Shown: positions 1-8,885 of the stretch, piece by piece
Layout of the letters: every line of letters starts with the position of its first letter
How positions within the stretch are numbered: the stretch's first letter is position 1
Source of the DNA: Gemmatimonadales bacterium
GTDB lineage: Bacteria > Gemmatimonadota > Gemmatimonadetes > Gemmatimonadales > GWC2-71-9
Length of the DNA stretch: 64,000 nt
NCBI GenBank assembly: GCA_035519565.1
Contig: DATIWD010000026.1
Coordinates: forward strand, 1,074 to 65,073
Direction of reading: 5' to 3'
Position numbers and translations under genes: made by a program
The notes under the pieces: model-generated
The model's database searches: none
What the model was told of the DNA's origin: nothing
What the model saw: only the letters and a program-made list of their open reading frames with translations

Positions 1-298
1 GCGACGGCGCTTCCGCCTGGGCCTCGGGTTCCAGTTCAAGGACGAAGCCCGGCCGGACCTGAATCGCTTCCTCGGCATCGACGAGGCCGACCTGGTCTTG
101 TTCGCGGACGGCGGCAACAGCTGGCTCACGGGAGACGGGCCCGGTCGCGTGCCCAACGATCGAATCCCGAATATCGGAGAGTGGAAGGGCGACCTGGGGA
201 TCGGCCTGGATGCCGGCGGCATCGGGGCCTACCTCCTCAAGGCGCTGACCGGCAGCGAGCCGGTTCGAGTGATGGTACGGCTCCAACGGCGGTTCTAG
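1..298 (+). CDS. C-terminal fragment of an outer-membrane beta-barrel protein (5' end outside window)
   Basis: Frame 2 is open from the window edge to TAG 296-298. The Gly/Asp-rich sequence ends ...VMVRLQRRF, with the terminal Phe typical of OMP barrels. The family cannot be assigned from about 98 aa. Confidence 0.4.
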   Translation, partial: RRRFRLGLGFQFKDEARPDLNRFLGIDEADLVLFADGGNSWLTGDGPGRVPNDRIPNIGEWKGDLGIGLDAGGIGAYLLKALTGSEPVRVMVRLQRRF

Positions 299-308
299 GC
301 GAGGTGCC

Positions 309-980
309 GTGAGGCGTCGGCTCGGGATCGCCCTCCTGGCGACGCTGTTGGGTGCCGCGACGCCGTCTCTCGGCCGGGCCCAGGACACGACCAGGGTCCT
401 GCTGGACGTCAGCCTGGCGACCGAGACCACAACGCCGAGCTCGCAGAGCCCGGTGATCCGCGTCCGCTACTTCTTCCGGGACTCGCGGTGGACCGCGATG
501 CTCCAGTCCGGCTTTCCCCTCCGGATCCACTATCGGGTGGAGTTGTGGCGATCCCGGGGCGCCTGGTTCGATGCCACCGAGCGGGAGGTCGAGTGGGACG
601 TGGCGGTCCGACACGAGCCCTTGCTGGACCAGTACACCGTGGTGCGGTTGACGGGGCGGGCGCGCCAGGAGAATCGCTACGCGACCCAGGACGCGCTGGC
701 CGCGGCGATCGGACGCTCCTACCGGGTCACCATGGCCCCGACCGAGGTGGGCGAGTACTACTACGTCGCTTCGATCCAGGTGACCACGCTCTCCGATACC
801 GACCTCGATGAGCTGGAGCGGTTCTTCGTGGAAGACGTCGCCCCCGCGGCGGAAGGCCGGGAAAACGTGGGAAGTGCGGTCGGACGTGGAGCGAAGCGGC
901 TGGTGCTCAAGCTGGCTGGTCTGCCCAGCCTGCGACTGGAAACGCGAAGCGAGAAGTTCCGGGTGGGCTCGACGCCCTGA
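309..980 (+). CDS. secreted DUF4390-like protein
   Basis: GTG start 10 nt after the upstream stop. Signal peptide MRRRLGIALLATLLGAATPSLGRAQD. The body resembles the DUF4390 family from memory. No catalytic motif. Confidence 0.5.
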   Translation: MRRRLGIALLATLLGAATPSLGRAQDTTRVLLDVSLATETTTPSSQSPVIRVRYFFRDSRWTAMLQSGFPLRIHYRVELWRSRGAWFDATEREVEWDVAVRHEPLLDQYTVVRLTGRARQENRYATQDALAAAIGRSYRVTMAPTEVGEYYYVASIQVTTLSDTDLDELERFFVEDVAPAAEGRENVGSAVGRGAKRLVLKLAGLPSLRLETRSEKFRVGSTP

Positions 981-999
981 ACCGGGCCGAAAGCCCGGC

Positions 1000-1566
1000 T
1001 CAGGCCACCGACTGCTGCAGGTCGCCGAGGGCGCGGAGTGCGGCCTCGCCGTAGAAGAGGCGGATGTACTTCGCCTGGATCGCCGTGAGGCGGCGAACCG
1101 CCCAGGCCAGGTGCACGAAGTGCGGTTCCCGCGGCGGGATGCGCGGGTGCATCCCGCACTCCTCGGGCAGCTGATTCCCCTTCCGGGTGTTGCAGGTGCT
1201 GCAGGCCGTCACCACGTTGGTCCAGTCATTGGTCCCTCCCCGCGAGAGCGGCACCAAGTGGTCCCGCGTCAGACACTCACGGTGCTTGAACTCCGCCGGA
1301 GACCGAGCGCAGAACTGGCACCGGTAGTCATCTCGCGCAAAGAGGAAAGTATTGGTGACTTGGCGGCGGAAACGGCGGGGAACGTGGACGAACCTGACGA
1401 GGCGGATGATGGCTGGTCGTGGAAGGACCAGCCGCTCACTTCTGACTGGCTCACCCCCGTCCGCTTCGACGATCTCCGCCTTCCCCTCGATGACCAGGCG
1501 AAGGGCCCGCCGCACCGGTACCATGGTGAGGGGTTCGAACGAAGCATTGAGCGCAAGACAGCGCAC
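1000..1566 (-). CDS. HNH endonuclease family protein
   Basis: 188 aa with the HNH core RDHLVPLSRGGTNDWTNVVTACSTCNTRKG and an upstream CQFC pair. Convergent with the DUF4390 gene. Confidence 0.8.
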   Translation of the reverse strand: MRCLALNASFEPLTMVPVRRALRLVIEGKAEIVEADGGEPVRSERLVLPRPAIIRLVRFVHVPRRFRRQVTNTFLFARDDYRCQFCARSPAEFKHRECLTRDHLVPLSRGGTNDWTNVVTACSTCNTRKGNQLPEECGMHPRIPPREPHFVHLAWAVRRLTAIQAKYIRLFYGEAALRALGDLQQSVA

Positions 1567-1644
1567 CAGTCACTCCAAGTTCAAGTAGGCCAGCAGACTA
1601 AGATCGTAACGGCGCCCAGAGGGGACGGCAAGGGAGGCCAGTTC

Positions 1645-2160
1645 CTAGCGGGCCAGGGACTCGAGTCGGCTGGCCACCGCCTGCCGGTGCCGGCCGCTTC
1701 GCGTGATGACGAGCACGGTATCCTCGCCGGCGATGGTGCCGATGACCTCGCTCCAGCCGGCCTGATCGATGGCCGCCCCGACCGCCCCGGCCCCGCCGCT
1801 CGCGGTCTTGAGTACAAGAAGCGGGCCCGCGCCCTCCACGCTCACCAGCAGTGCGGGCAGCACCTTGCCCAGGTCGGGCCGCATCTGGCCCTCGCTGGGA
1901 TTGGCGTAGAACGCGCCGCCCTGAGGATCCACCAGCTTGGCCAACCCGAGCTCGCGGATGTCGCGCGAGAGGGTGGCCTGGGTGACGGCGAAGCCCTCCC
2001 CCGCCAGCGCCTCCCGCAGCTCATCCTGGCTCTCGATCCGCCGGTCCTTGATGACCCTGAGGATCGCGGCGTGGCGCTGGAGCTTCGCGTGGTGAGGGAC
2101 GTGATTCTTCGCCCCGACCGGCAGGGTCACGGGCTTGATCAACTTGCGGTGCTCGTCCAT
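1645..2160 (-). CDS. argR: arginine repressor ArgR
   Basis: Winged-helix N-terminus (RHAAILRVIKDRRIESQDELREALAGEGFAVTQATLSRDIRELGL). C-terminal oligomerisation/arginine domain (GTIAGEDTVLVI). The start could be slightly downstream. Confidence 0.85.
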   Translation of the reverse strand: MDEHRKLIKPVTLPVGAKNHVPHHAKLQRHAAILRVIKDRRIESQDELREALAGEGFAVTQATLSRDIRELGLAKLVDPQGGAFYANPSEGQMRPDLGKVLPALLVSVEGAGPLLVLKTASGGAGAVGAAIDQAGWSEVIGTIAGEDTVLVITRSGRHRQAVASRLESLAR

Positions 2161-2203
2161 GCCTCGAGCTCCGGCTGGAATTCGCGGGACGGAATGTGGC
2201 GAA

Positions 2204-3448
2204 TCAATCGGGAGCGCGCCACACCCGCTTCCCGCCCAAATAGGTCGCGATCATCTGCTCTGGGGTGCTCTCCAGAATCGCCTCCATGGTCCCGGTACCC
2301 CCGCTTCCCTTCGGGAGACGGATAACCGCGGCATCTCCCCACTTCCCGGGCGTCAGACTGCCGACGTCGGCGTCGAGGCCGATGGCCCGGGCCGCCTCCA
2401 TGGTGCACAGCTCGAGCGCCTGCGCAGCGCTTAGTCCGCCCAAACGGCGCGCGGCACGGGCTTCGGCCAGGAGGTCGAGCGGGCTCACGCTGGCGACCGA
2501 ATCGGTACCCACCCCGATCCGCAGTCCCGCGGCCCGAAGCGCCGCCAGGGGAGCATCGCCGTGACCGTGGCGAGCGTTCGAGCGGGGACAATGCGCGACC
2601 GCACAGTTGCCGCGCCGGAGCTTCTCGATATCAAGTGCGTCAACCCGGATGAGGTGGATGCACAGCGTACGCCGCCCCAACACCCCATGACGCTCCAGCC
2701 ACTCGACCGGGCTGCACCCGGGATTCGGGGGGAGCGGGATCCCGCGCCGCTCCCATTGCCTGGCAAACGCACCCTGCCCCGAGGCGAGCAGCTCGGATTC
2801 CGCCGCGGATTCCGCCAGATGCACGGCGATGGGCAGCCCCTCGCGTTCGGCCCATCCCGCCACCCCACGATACAGTGCTCCGCTCACGCTGTAGGGCGCG
2901 TGAGGAGAGACGCCCAGCCGCACGCGCGGGGACTCGAAGCGGCGCTGCGCGGCGACTCTGGCCTGGAAGTCGGCCAGCTGGGCTTCCGCACGGGCCGGCT
3001 CGGGGCCAAACACCTCGAGGTAGGCGACTCCACTTCCACCCGCCTCATGGAGGGCCTGGATCACCGCGCCGGAATCCCCGGTGTCCGCCACGGTCGTAAC
3101 CCCGGCGGCATGACAGGCGGCCAGCCCATCCCGGGCCGCCTGAAGAAAATCGGCAGGAGTGCGGCCCCGTTTGAGGGCGATGATCCGAGCGATCCAGTCG
3201 GGGAAATCGGCGTCTCCGGCCTGACCGTCCAGGCCGGTGAGCTCGAGGTGGGTGTGGGCGTTGACGAGACCGGGAAGCAGAGCGGCGCCGGCGAATCGTT
3301 CTTCGGGGATGTCGGGAGAACGGGGGACCTCGGTGTCCGGGCCGACCGCCGTCACCCGGCCATCGGCGCCGATCAGGACCGCACCCCAGGAGATCGGCCT
3401 ACCGTCCATCGGCAGCAGCCACTCCGCCGAGATCCGGCAGGCCGGCAT
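2204..3448 (-). CDS. metal-dependent amidohydrolase (deaminase/chlorohydrolase-like)
   Basis: LPGLVNAHTHLELT metal-binding motif. The true ATG at 3448-3446 shares one base with the TAA of the upstream PBP gene. The 5' 175 codons of ORF 2204..3973 overlap PBP1A and are discarded. Confidence 0.75.
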   Translation of the reverse strand: MPACRISAEWLLPMDGRPISWGAVLIGADGRVTAVGPDTEVPRSPDIPEERFAGAALLPGLVNAHTHLELTGLDGQAGDADFPDWIARIIALKRGRTPADFLQAARDGLAACHAAGVTTVADTGDSGAVIQALHEAGGSGVAYLEVFGPEPARAEAQLADFQARVAAQRRFESPRVRLGVSPHAPYSVSGALYRGVAGWAEREGLPIAVHLAESAAESELLASGQGAFARQWERRGIPLPPNPGCSPVEWLERHGVLGRRTLCIHLIRVDALDIEKLRRGNCAVAHCPRSNARHGHGDAPLAALRAAGLRIGVGTDSVASVSPLDLLAEARAARRLGGLSAAQALELCTMEAARAIGLDADVGSLTPGKWGDAAVIRLPKGSGGTGTMEAILESTPEQMIATYLGGKRVWRAPD

Positions 3449-5595
3449 TACTGGTGGGGCATCAACGGGCTCGCCCCACCACCGGGCGCGAGAAACGCGT
3501 TGTGAACCGGACAAAATTCGGTGGGCTCGGTGCCCGGCAGATACCATTCGACGGCGTGCTCGTCCTTGGGACAGAACGGCGTGAACTTGTAGCCGGTCGA
3601 CTTGTCGATCTCGGCAAAGGTCAGGCTGTCCGGCCGGACCCAGTCGGGAGGAACCGGCCGCCGCTCGTAGATCTCCCGCATCGTGGCGGTCCAGGCCGGG
3701 GCGGCGAGCAAACCGCCCTGCGCGTTGGCCTTGATCTTCTCCGGCTTGTCCATGCCGATCCACACCCCGGTGACCAGATCGGGGGTGAAGCCGATGAACC
3801 AGACGTCGGTATAGTCGTTGGTGGTGCCGGTCTTGCCGCCCGCCGGAATGGGAAACTTGGCGCCGACCGAACCGGCGGCCGTTCCCCGGCGCACCACGTC
3901 TCGCAGGAGATCGTTCATCAGCCAGGCGTGGGCCGGACTCATCACCTGCTCGGACCGGGAGACCGGCCGCCACAGGATATTCCCGGCGCGATCCTCGACC
4001 CGATCGATCGCGGTGGGAACGGTGCGGGTGCCCAGGGTGGCAAAGGCCGAGAAGGCCGAGATGATTTCGAGCGGGATCACATCGGCGGACCCGATGTAGA
4101 TCGACGGATAGGGTGGGATCCGGGTGGTGATCCCGAACTTGGTGGCCTCCCCGATCACGGCCTGGGGACCCAGCTCCATTCCCAGCTTGATCGCGATGAT
4201 GTTGCGCGACTCGTAGAGCGCCTTCCGCAGGGTCATCGGCCCTTCGAACTTCACGTCGTAGTTCTGCGGCTCCCAGGGTGGCTGATTGGGGTCGAGCTGC
4301 ACGCTGATCGGATCATCCACCATGATGGTAGAGAGTGGATACCCGGCCCGGATGGCCGCGGAGTACACGAACGGCTTGAAGGTCGAGCCGGGCTGGCGCA
4401 TGGCCTGCACGGCGCGGTTGAACTTGCTGTCGCTGAAATCCCGCCCACCCACCATGGCGCGGATGAAGCCGGTCTTGGCTTCCAGGGTCACCTCGAGACC
4501 CTGGAGATACGGAGAATCATCTCGCGCCGCCTGGTCCTCGCTCTTCTGGTCCATGTATTCGGCGTAGGTCTGGCGCGGATACTTCCCGTAGGTGCCACTT
4601 TCGATCGACTCGAGCTGTTCGCTGAGTGCGCGCTCGGCCGCCTGCTGCATCTCGAGGTCGAGGGTGGTGTAGATGCGGAGCCCGGCCGTATAGAGCTCGG
4701 GACCGAACCGGGTATCGAGCTGCTGGCGCACGTATTCGACGAAATAGGGGGCGACTTCGCTGAAGTCCGACCGGGACGACAGCGCCAGCGGATAGGCACG
4801 CCAACGCTCGGTTTCCGGCTCGGTCAGCAGACCGCCGTCTTCCAGCAGGCCCAGGATCACGTTCCGGCGGAATACGGCGAGATGGGGATTCTTCCTCGGG
4901 TTGTACCGTCCAGGCGCCTTGGGCAGGGCGGCGAGCGTCGCCGCCTCGGCCACGTTCAGGTCATGCGCGGACTTGCCGAAGTAGCGCTGGGCGGCCGCTT
5001 CGACGCCGAAGGCGCGATTCCCCAGGTTGATCTGGTTGAGGTAGAGCTCGAGGATCTTGTCCTTGGGGAAGAGGCGCTCGATCTCGAAGGCTACCTGCAC
5101 CTCGCGGATCTTGCGCTTGATGGAGCGGTCCTGGCCGCTGATGTCTTCAGGCCAGAGGTTCCGGGCCAGCTGCATCGTGATGGTCGAGAAGCCCTGCGTC
5201 ACCCCGCCGTGCAGCACGTTGGCCTTGATGGCGCCCAACAGCCGGAACCAGTCCACGCCGTGGTGCTGGTAGAACCGCTTGTCCTCGGTCGTGAGAAAGG
5301 CGGCCACCACCGCCGGCGACATCTGGCTCAGCGAGATCACGGTCCGCCGCTCGAGCCCCAGATCGGTGATCAGTCGGCCGTCGGCCGCATAGACCTTGGA
5401 GGCCTGCTCGGGGTCATACCCCTGAGTCAGCTTGGCGGGGGAAGGACAGGCGCCGCCGACACAGGCACGTCGCCAGGCCCCGGTCAGAAAGCCGGTGCCA
5501 AACGCGAACCCCGCCAGGAGGAGGGTGATGACGTTGCTGCGGATCCGCGGCGTGTACCACCATCGGCGCAGCGTATTGAGCGGCCGCGGGCTCAT
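3448..5595 (-). CDS. mrcA: class A penicillin-binding protein (PBP1A: transglycosylase + transpeptidase)
   Basis: N-terminal TM segment. GT51 motifs EDKRFYQHHGVD and GFSTITMQLARN. Transpeptidase SxxK (GSTFKP). Confidence 0.9.
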   Translation of the reverse strand: MSPRPLNTLRRWWYTPRIRSNVITLLLAGFAFGTGFLTGAWRRACVGGACPSPAKLTQGYDPEQASKVYAADGRLITDLGLERRTVISLSQMSPAVVAAFLTTEDKRFYQHHGVDWFRLLGAIKANVLHGGVTQGFSTITMQLARNLWPEDISGQDRSIKRKIREVQVAFEIERLFPKDKILELYLNQINLGNRAFGVEAAAQRYFGKSAHDLNVAEAATLAALPKAPGRYNPRKNPHLAVFRRNVILGLLEDGGLLTEPETERWRAYPLALSSRSDFSEVAPYFVEYVRQQLDTRFGPELYTAGLRIYTTLDLEMQQAAERALSEQLESIESGTYGKYPRQTYAEYMDQKSEDQAARDDSPYLQGLEVTLEAKTGFIRAMVGGRDFSDSKFNRAVQAMRQPGSTFKPFVYSAAIRAGYPLSTIMVDDPISVQLDPNQPPWEPQNYDVKFEGPMTLRKALYESRNIIAIKLGMELGPQAVIGEATKFGITTRIPPYPSIYIGSADVIPLEIISAFSAFATLGTRTVPTAIDRVEDRAGNILWRPVSRSEQVMSPAHAWLMNDLLRDVVRRGTAAGSVGAKFPIPAGGKTGTTNDYTDVWFIGFTPDLVTGVWIGMDKPEKIKANAQGGLLAAPAWTATMREIYERRPVPPDWVRPDSLTFAEIDKSTGYKFTPFCPKDEHAVEWYLPGTEPTEFCPVHNAFLAPGGGASPLMPHQ

Positions 5596-5677
5596 GGAGG
5601 AAAGCTAGACGGGATCGAGTCGAATGACCACCGGCTCATCTTGCCGCGCCGGTTTCCCCACCGTACGATTCGCGCCC

Positions 5678-6940
5678 ATGGACGATCTCTACTCCACCCT
5701 CCGCGACCGCGGGTTCCTGCACGATGCCACCCCGGGGCTCAAGGAACGGCTGGCCCGGGGGCCGATCACCGCCTACATCGGCTTCGACCCGACCTCCGAC
5801 TCGCTCCACGTGGGGAACCTGGTGCCGGTGATGGGCCTGGCCTGGCTCCAGCGGGCCGGCGGGACTCCTATCCCTCTTCTGGGTGGGGGTACCGGCATGG
5901 TGGGCGATCCCAGCGGCAAGCGAACCGAGCGGCCACTCCTCACCGTGGAGCAGATCGACGCCAACCTGGCCAAGATCCGCGGACAGCTGGCTCACTTCCT
6001 ATCCTTTGAGGGTCCCACCGCGGCCCGGCTGCGCAACAACGCCGACTGGCTCCGCCCGCTGGCCCTGATGGAGTTCCTCCGGGATACCGGGAAGCACTTC
6101 ACCGTGAACTACATGCTCCAGAAGGAGTCGGTGCAGAGCCGGATGGAGAGCGGAATCTCCTTCACCGAATTCAGTTACATGCTGGTCCAGGCCTACGACT
6201 TCTGGCACCTGTTCAAGGCGGAGGGCTGTGAGCTCCAGATGGGGGGGAGCGACCAGTGGGGAAACATCACGGCGGGGATCGAGCTGATCGGACGGCGGGA
6301 GCAGAAGCCGGCCCACGGGCTGGTGTTCCCGCTGCTGACCACGACCTCAGGGTCGAAGTTCGGGAAGAGCGAGGCCGGTAACGTCTGGTTGGATCTCAAG
6401 AGGACGGACGAGAACGTGTTCTATCAGTTTTGGTTCAACACTGAGGACCAAGACGTCGAGCGCTTTCTCAAGCTCTTCACGTTCATTCCCTTGGATCAGA
6501 TCACAACAATTGTAGCGGCACATCGTGCCGACCCAGGCAAGCGGGTAGCTCAAGAGCAGCTGGCAGACGACGTGACCAGACGTGTCCACGGCGAAGAGGG
6601 CCTGCGTCGTGCGAAAGAGGCGAAGGCTGCGCTATTCAGCATGAGTGGGACGGGCACGGTCAAACTCCCAGAAGCACTACGCCGAGAGGTCATTGCCCGT
6701 CGCGACATTGCTAGAGGTCTTTCTCTAGTAGACGCCCTTGTTCTAGTAAAGCTGGCTACTTCCAAGGCCGATGCACGCCGCGGGATCCAAGCCAGGAGCT
6801 ACTACGTGAACCTTGAGCAGGTCTCGAATGCCGTTGACCAGGTACTCACAACCAACAACCTGTTGCGAGACGCCGACGGCACCGAGTACATCCTTCTGCG
6901 CAAAGGCAAGAAAAACAACGTGGCTTTGATGGTGAGCTGA
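5678..6940 (+). CDS. tyrS: tyrosine--tRNA ligase
   Basis: HIGH-type motif (SLHVGN) and KMSKS-type motif (KFGKS). C-terminal S4-like domain (ARRGIQARSYYVNLEQV). ATG at 5678 chosen (MDDLYSTLRDRGF). The 3' third has strikingly lower GC (see findings). Confidence 0.9.
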   Translation: MDDLYSTLRDRGFLHDATPGLKERLARGPITAYIGFDPTSDSLHVGNLVPVMGLAWLQRAGGTPIPLLGGGTGMVGDPSGKRTERPLLTVEQIDANLAKIRGQLAHFLSFEGPTAARLRNNADWLRPLALMEFLRDTGKHFTVNYMLQKESVQSRMESGISFTEFSYMLVQAYDFWHLFKAEGCELQMGGSDQWGNITAGIELIGRREQKPAHGLVFPLLTTTSGSKFGKSEAGNVWLDLKRTDENVFYQFWFNTEDQDVERFLKLFTFIPLDQITTIVAAHRADPGKRVAQEQLADDVTRRVHGEEGLRRAKEAKAALFSMSGTGTVKLPEALRREVIARRDIARGLSLVDALVLVKLATSKADARRGIQARSYYVNLEQVSNAVDQVLTTNNLLRDADGTEYILLRKGKKNNVALMVS

Positions 6941-6987
6941 CGCCCCACCGGCCACGACCGCGTTCCCCTCAGCTAGGAGAGCCGCCG

Positions 6988-7290
6988 ATGCACGAGTTCA
7001 TGAAGTTCCTCAAGGAATACGGCGTGATCGGGTTGGCCATCGCTGTCATCATCGGCGGCAAGGCCGGAGATCTGGTCAAGGCGCTGGTGGACGGGATCCT
7101 GATGCCGCTGATCAACCCGATCCTGGCCAGCGCCGGCGGGAACTGGCAGACCTCGACCCTGGACATCGGGCCCTTCCACTTTGCGATCGGCGCGCTGCTG
7201 AGCGCCTTCATCAACTTCGTGGTGGTGGCCTACCTGGTCTTCTGGTTCTCCAAGAAGGTGCTCAAGGAGGAGACCGTCACCAAGAAGTAG
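6988..7290 (+). CDS. mscL: large-conductance mechanosensitive channel
   Basis: 100 aa; FLKEYGVIGLAIAVIIGGKAGDLVKALVDGILMPLI is the classic MscL TM1 region. AGGAGA Shine-Dalgarno upstream. Confidence 0.9.
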   Translation: MHEFMKFLKEYGVIGLAIAVIIGGKAGDLVKALVDGILMPLINPILASAGGNWQTSTLDIGPFHFAIGALLSAFINFVVVAYLVFWFSKKVLKEETVTKK

Positions 7291-7296
7291 AACCGC

Positions 7297-8847
7297 CTAC
7301 CACCGGGATCGGCTGGTCCCTCGGGAGGGCTTTCCACCCAGCAGTCCGAAGAGTCCGCGCACCACCTCCCGCCCGATGGTCCGGCCGATCTGGGAGTTCA
7401 GCGCTCCCAGGATCGCGCCACCCGCTACCGCCACCGCGGTCTTGCCGGCCGGCGCTCCCCGCTCCGGTGCGCCGGGTCCGGCCGGTGCCGCGGGCGGCGC
7501 GGTCTGCGCCATCCGCTTGGCCAGCAGCTCCCGCGCACTCTCCCGATCCACGCGCTCCCCGTACTCCTTCAAGAAGTCCGACTCCTTCACGTCCGCGGCC
7601 AGCTCATCCGGAGTGAGTGGTCCCATCCGGGAGGCGGGAGGAATCAGCCGGGTCGCCGCGACCGGCGTGGGAGAGCCCCGCTCGTCGAGCACCGTGACCA
7701 CCGCTTCCCCGATCCCCAGGGACGTGAGGGTCTGCGCCAGGTCGTAGAAGGTGGTCTTGGGAAAGGTGCGCACCGTCGCCTTGAGGGCGGCATCATCGTC
7801 GGGCGTATGGGCTCGCAGGGCGTGCTGCACCCGGTGGCCGAGCTGGGCCAGGACGTCGTCGGGGACATCCTTGGGAGTCTGGGTCACCAGGTAGACACCG
7901 ACGCCCTTGGAGCGGATCAGGCGCACCACCTGCTCGATCTGGTCGCGGAAAGCCTTGGGCGAATCCTCGAACAGCAGGTGGGCTTCGTCGAAGAAGAACA
8001 CCAGCTTGGGTTTGGGGAGGTCGCCCGCCTCGGGCAGGTTGTGATAGAGTTCGGCCAGCATCCACATCATGAAGGTGGACCAGAGCTTGGGCTTGTCCTG
8101 CACATCCGAAAGCTCCAGGCAGGTGACCACGCCCCGGCCATCCGAGCCCACGTGCAGCATGTCCTTCACGTCGAACTCGGGCTCTCCGAAGAAGGCCTCG
8201 GCGCCCTGCGACTCGAGCTCGACCATCTTCCGAAGCAGCACCCCTACCGTCGCCGCCGACAGCCCGCCGTAGTCCTTGAGCACGCCCTTGGCGCCATCGG
8301 AGGTCAGATACTGAAGCACCGCGCGCAGGTCGGCGAGGTCGAGCAGCGGCAGCTGCAGGTCGTCGGCGAACTTGAAGACCAGCGCGAGTACGCTGCCCTG
8401 CGTGTCGTTGAGATCGAGCACCTTGGCCAGGAGCAGGGGGCCGAACGAGCTCACGGTGGCCCGCAACTGGACCCCGAGTTTCCCGCTCAGACTCACGAAT
8501 TCGACCGGCACCGGGGCTGGCTTCCAGGTCCACCCGACGCTGGTGGCCCGCTCGGTAATCTTGGGGTTCGATTCCCCGGGCTTGGCGAGACCGGACAGAT
8601 CGCCCTTGATGTCAGCGACGAACACCGGGATCCCCTGCGCCGACAGCTGTTCCGTCAAGAGCTGGAGGGTCTTGGTCTTCCCGGTCCCGGTGGCGCCGGC
8701 CACTAGTCCGTGCCGGTTCAGGGTCGCCAGGGGGAGCCTGATCTTGGGCTCGGGATGGACGGTCTGTCCTTCCAGGGCCGCGCCCAGCACCGCCGAGGGG
8801 CCGGTGAAGCCGTAGCCCTTCGCGAGCATATCGGTGAATTGGGACAT
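7297..8847 (-). CDS. HerA-like P-loop ATPase (DUF853/YjgR family)
   Basis: Walker A VAGATGTGKT and Walker B LVFFFDEAHLLF. Start at ATG 8847 (MSQFTDML). The upstream 187 codons of ORF 7297..9408 overlap the permease gene and are rejected. Confidence 0.8.
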   Translation of the reverse strand: MSQFTDMLAKGYGFTGPSAVLGAALEGQTVHPEPKIRLPLATLNRHGLVAGATGTGKTKTLQLLTEQLSAQGIPVFVADIKGDLSGLAKPGESNPKITERATSVGWTWKPAPVPVEFVSLSGKLGVQLRATVSSFGPLLLAKVLDLNDTQGSVLALVFKFADDLQLPLLDLADLRAVLQYLTSDGAKGVLKDYGGLSAATVGVLLRKMVELESQGAEAFFGEPEFDVKDMLHVGSDGRGVVTCLELSDVQDKPKLWSTFMMWMLAELYHNLPEAGDLPKPKLVFFFDEAHLLFEDSPKAFRDQIEQVVRLIRSKGVGVYLVTQTPKDVPDDVLAQLGHRVQHALRAHTPDDDAALKATVRTFPKTTFYDLAQTLTSLGIGEAVVTVLDERGSPTPVAATRLIPPASRMGPLTPDELAADVKESDFLKEYGERVDRESARELLAKRMAQTAPPAAPAGPGAPERGAPAGKTAVAVAGGAILGALNSQIGRTIGREVVRGLFGLLGGKPSRGTSRSRW

Positions 8848-8885
8848 GGAGGTGTCGCTTGGTTGTCGGTTGAATTGGAGATCGA

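Noticed and set aside
1000-1566. The HNH endonuclease as a homing or restriction module or mobile-element remnant.
   Set aside because: There is no methyltransferase, intron/intein context, repeats or compositional break. It sits at the end of the PBP1A-amidohydrolase-argR string and uses host-like codons. The function is unknown, but there is no evidence of mobility.
3454-6009. Very long ORFs antisense to or out of frame with recognisable genes. Examples: 3454..6009 (+, 851 aa), 808..2325 (+), 11577..14183 (+), 28145..30298 (-), 40589..42664 (+), 43925..45838 (+), 46403..47908 (+), 58177..60309 (-), 50074..51642 (-).
   Set aside because: Each lies opposite or out of frame to a gene with clear family motifs. 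Their translations are Arg/Gly/Pro/Ala-rich low-complexity sequence without motifs. Stop-codon depletion in about two-thirds-GC DNA produces such shadow ORFs.
6380-6940. The low-GC tyrS tract as a simple metagenomic assembly chimera joining two organisms.
   Set aside because: Composition returns to the high-GC background immediately after the tyrS stop, and the reading frame and domain order are seamless. A single mis-join is therefore unlikely. A double chimera within a conserved gene cannot be fully excluded without reads, and this is noted in the finding.
7297-8847. The HerA-like DUF853 ATPase as part of a defence system (HerA-nuclease/Sir2 pairs).
   Set aside because: No nuclease, Sir2 or other effector is adjacent. 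The flanking genes are mscL (convergent) and an ABC permease. The protein looks like the widespread stand-alone YjgR type.
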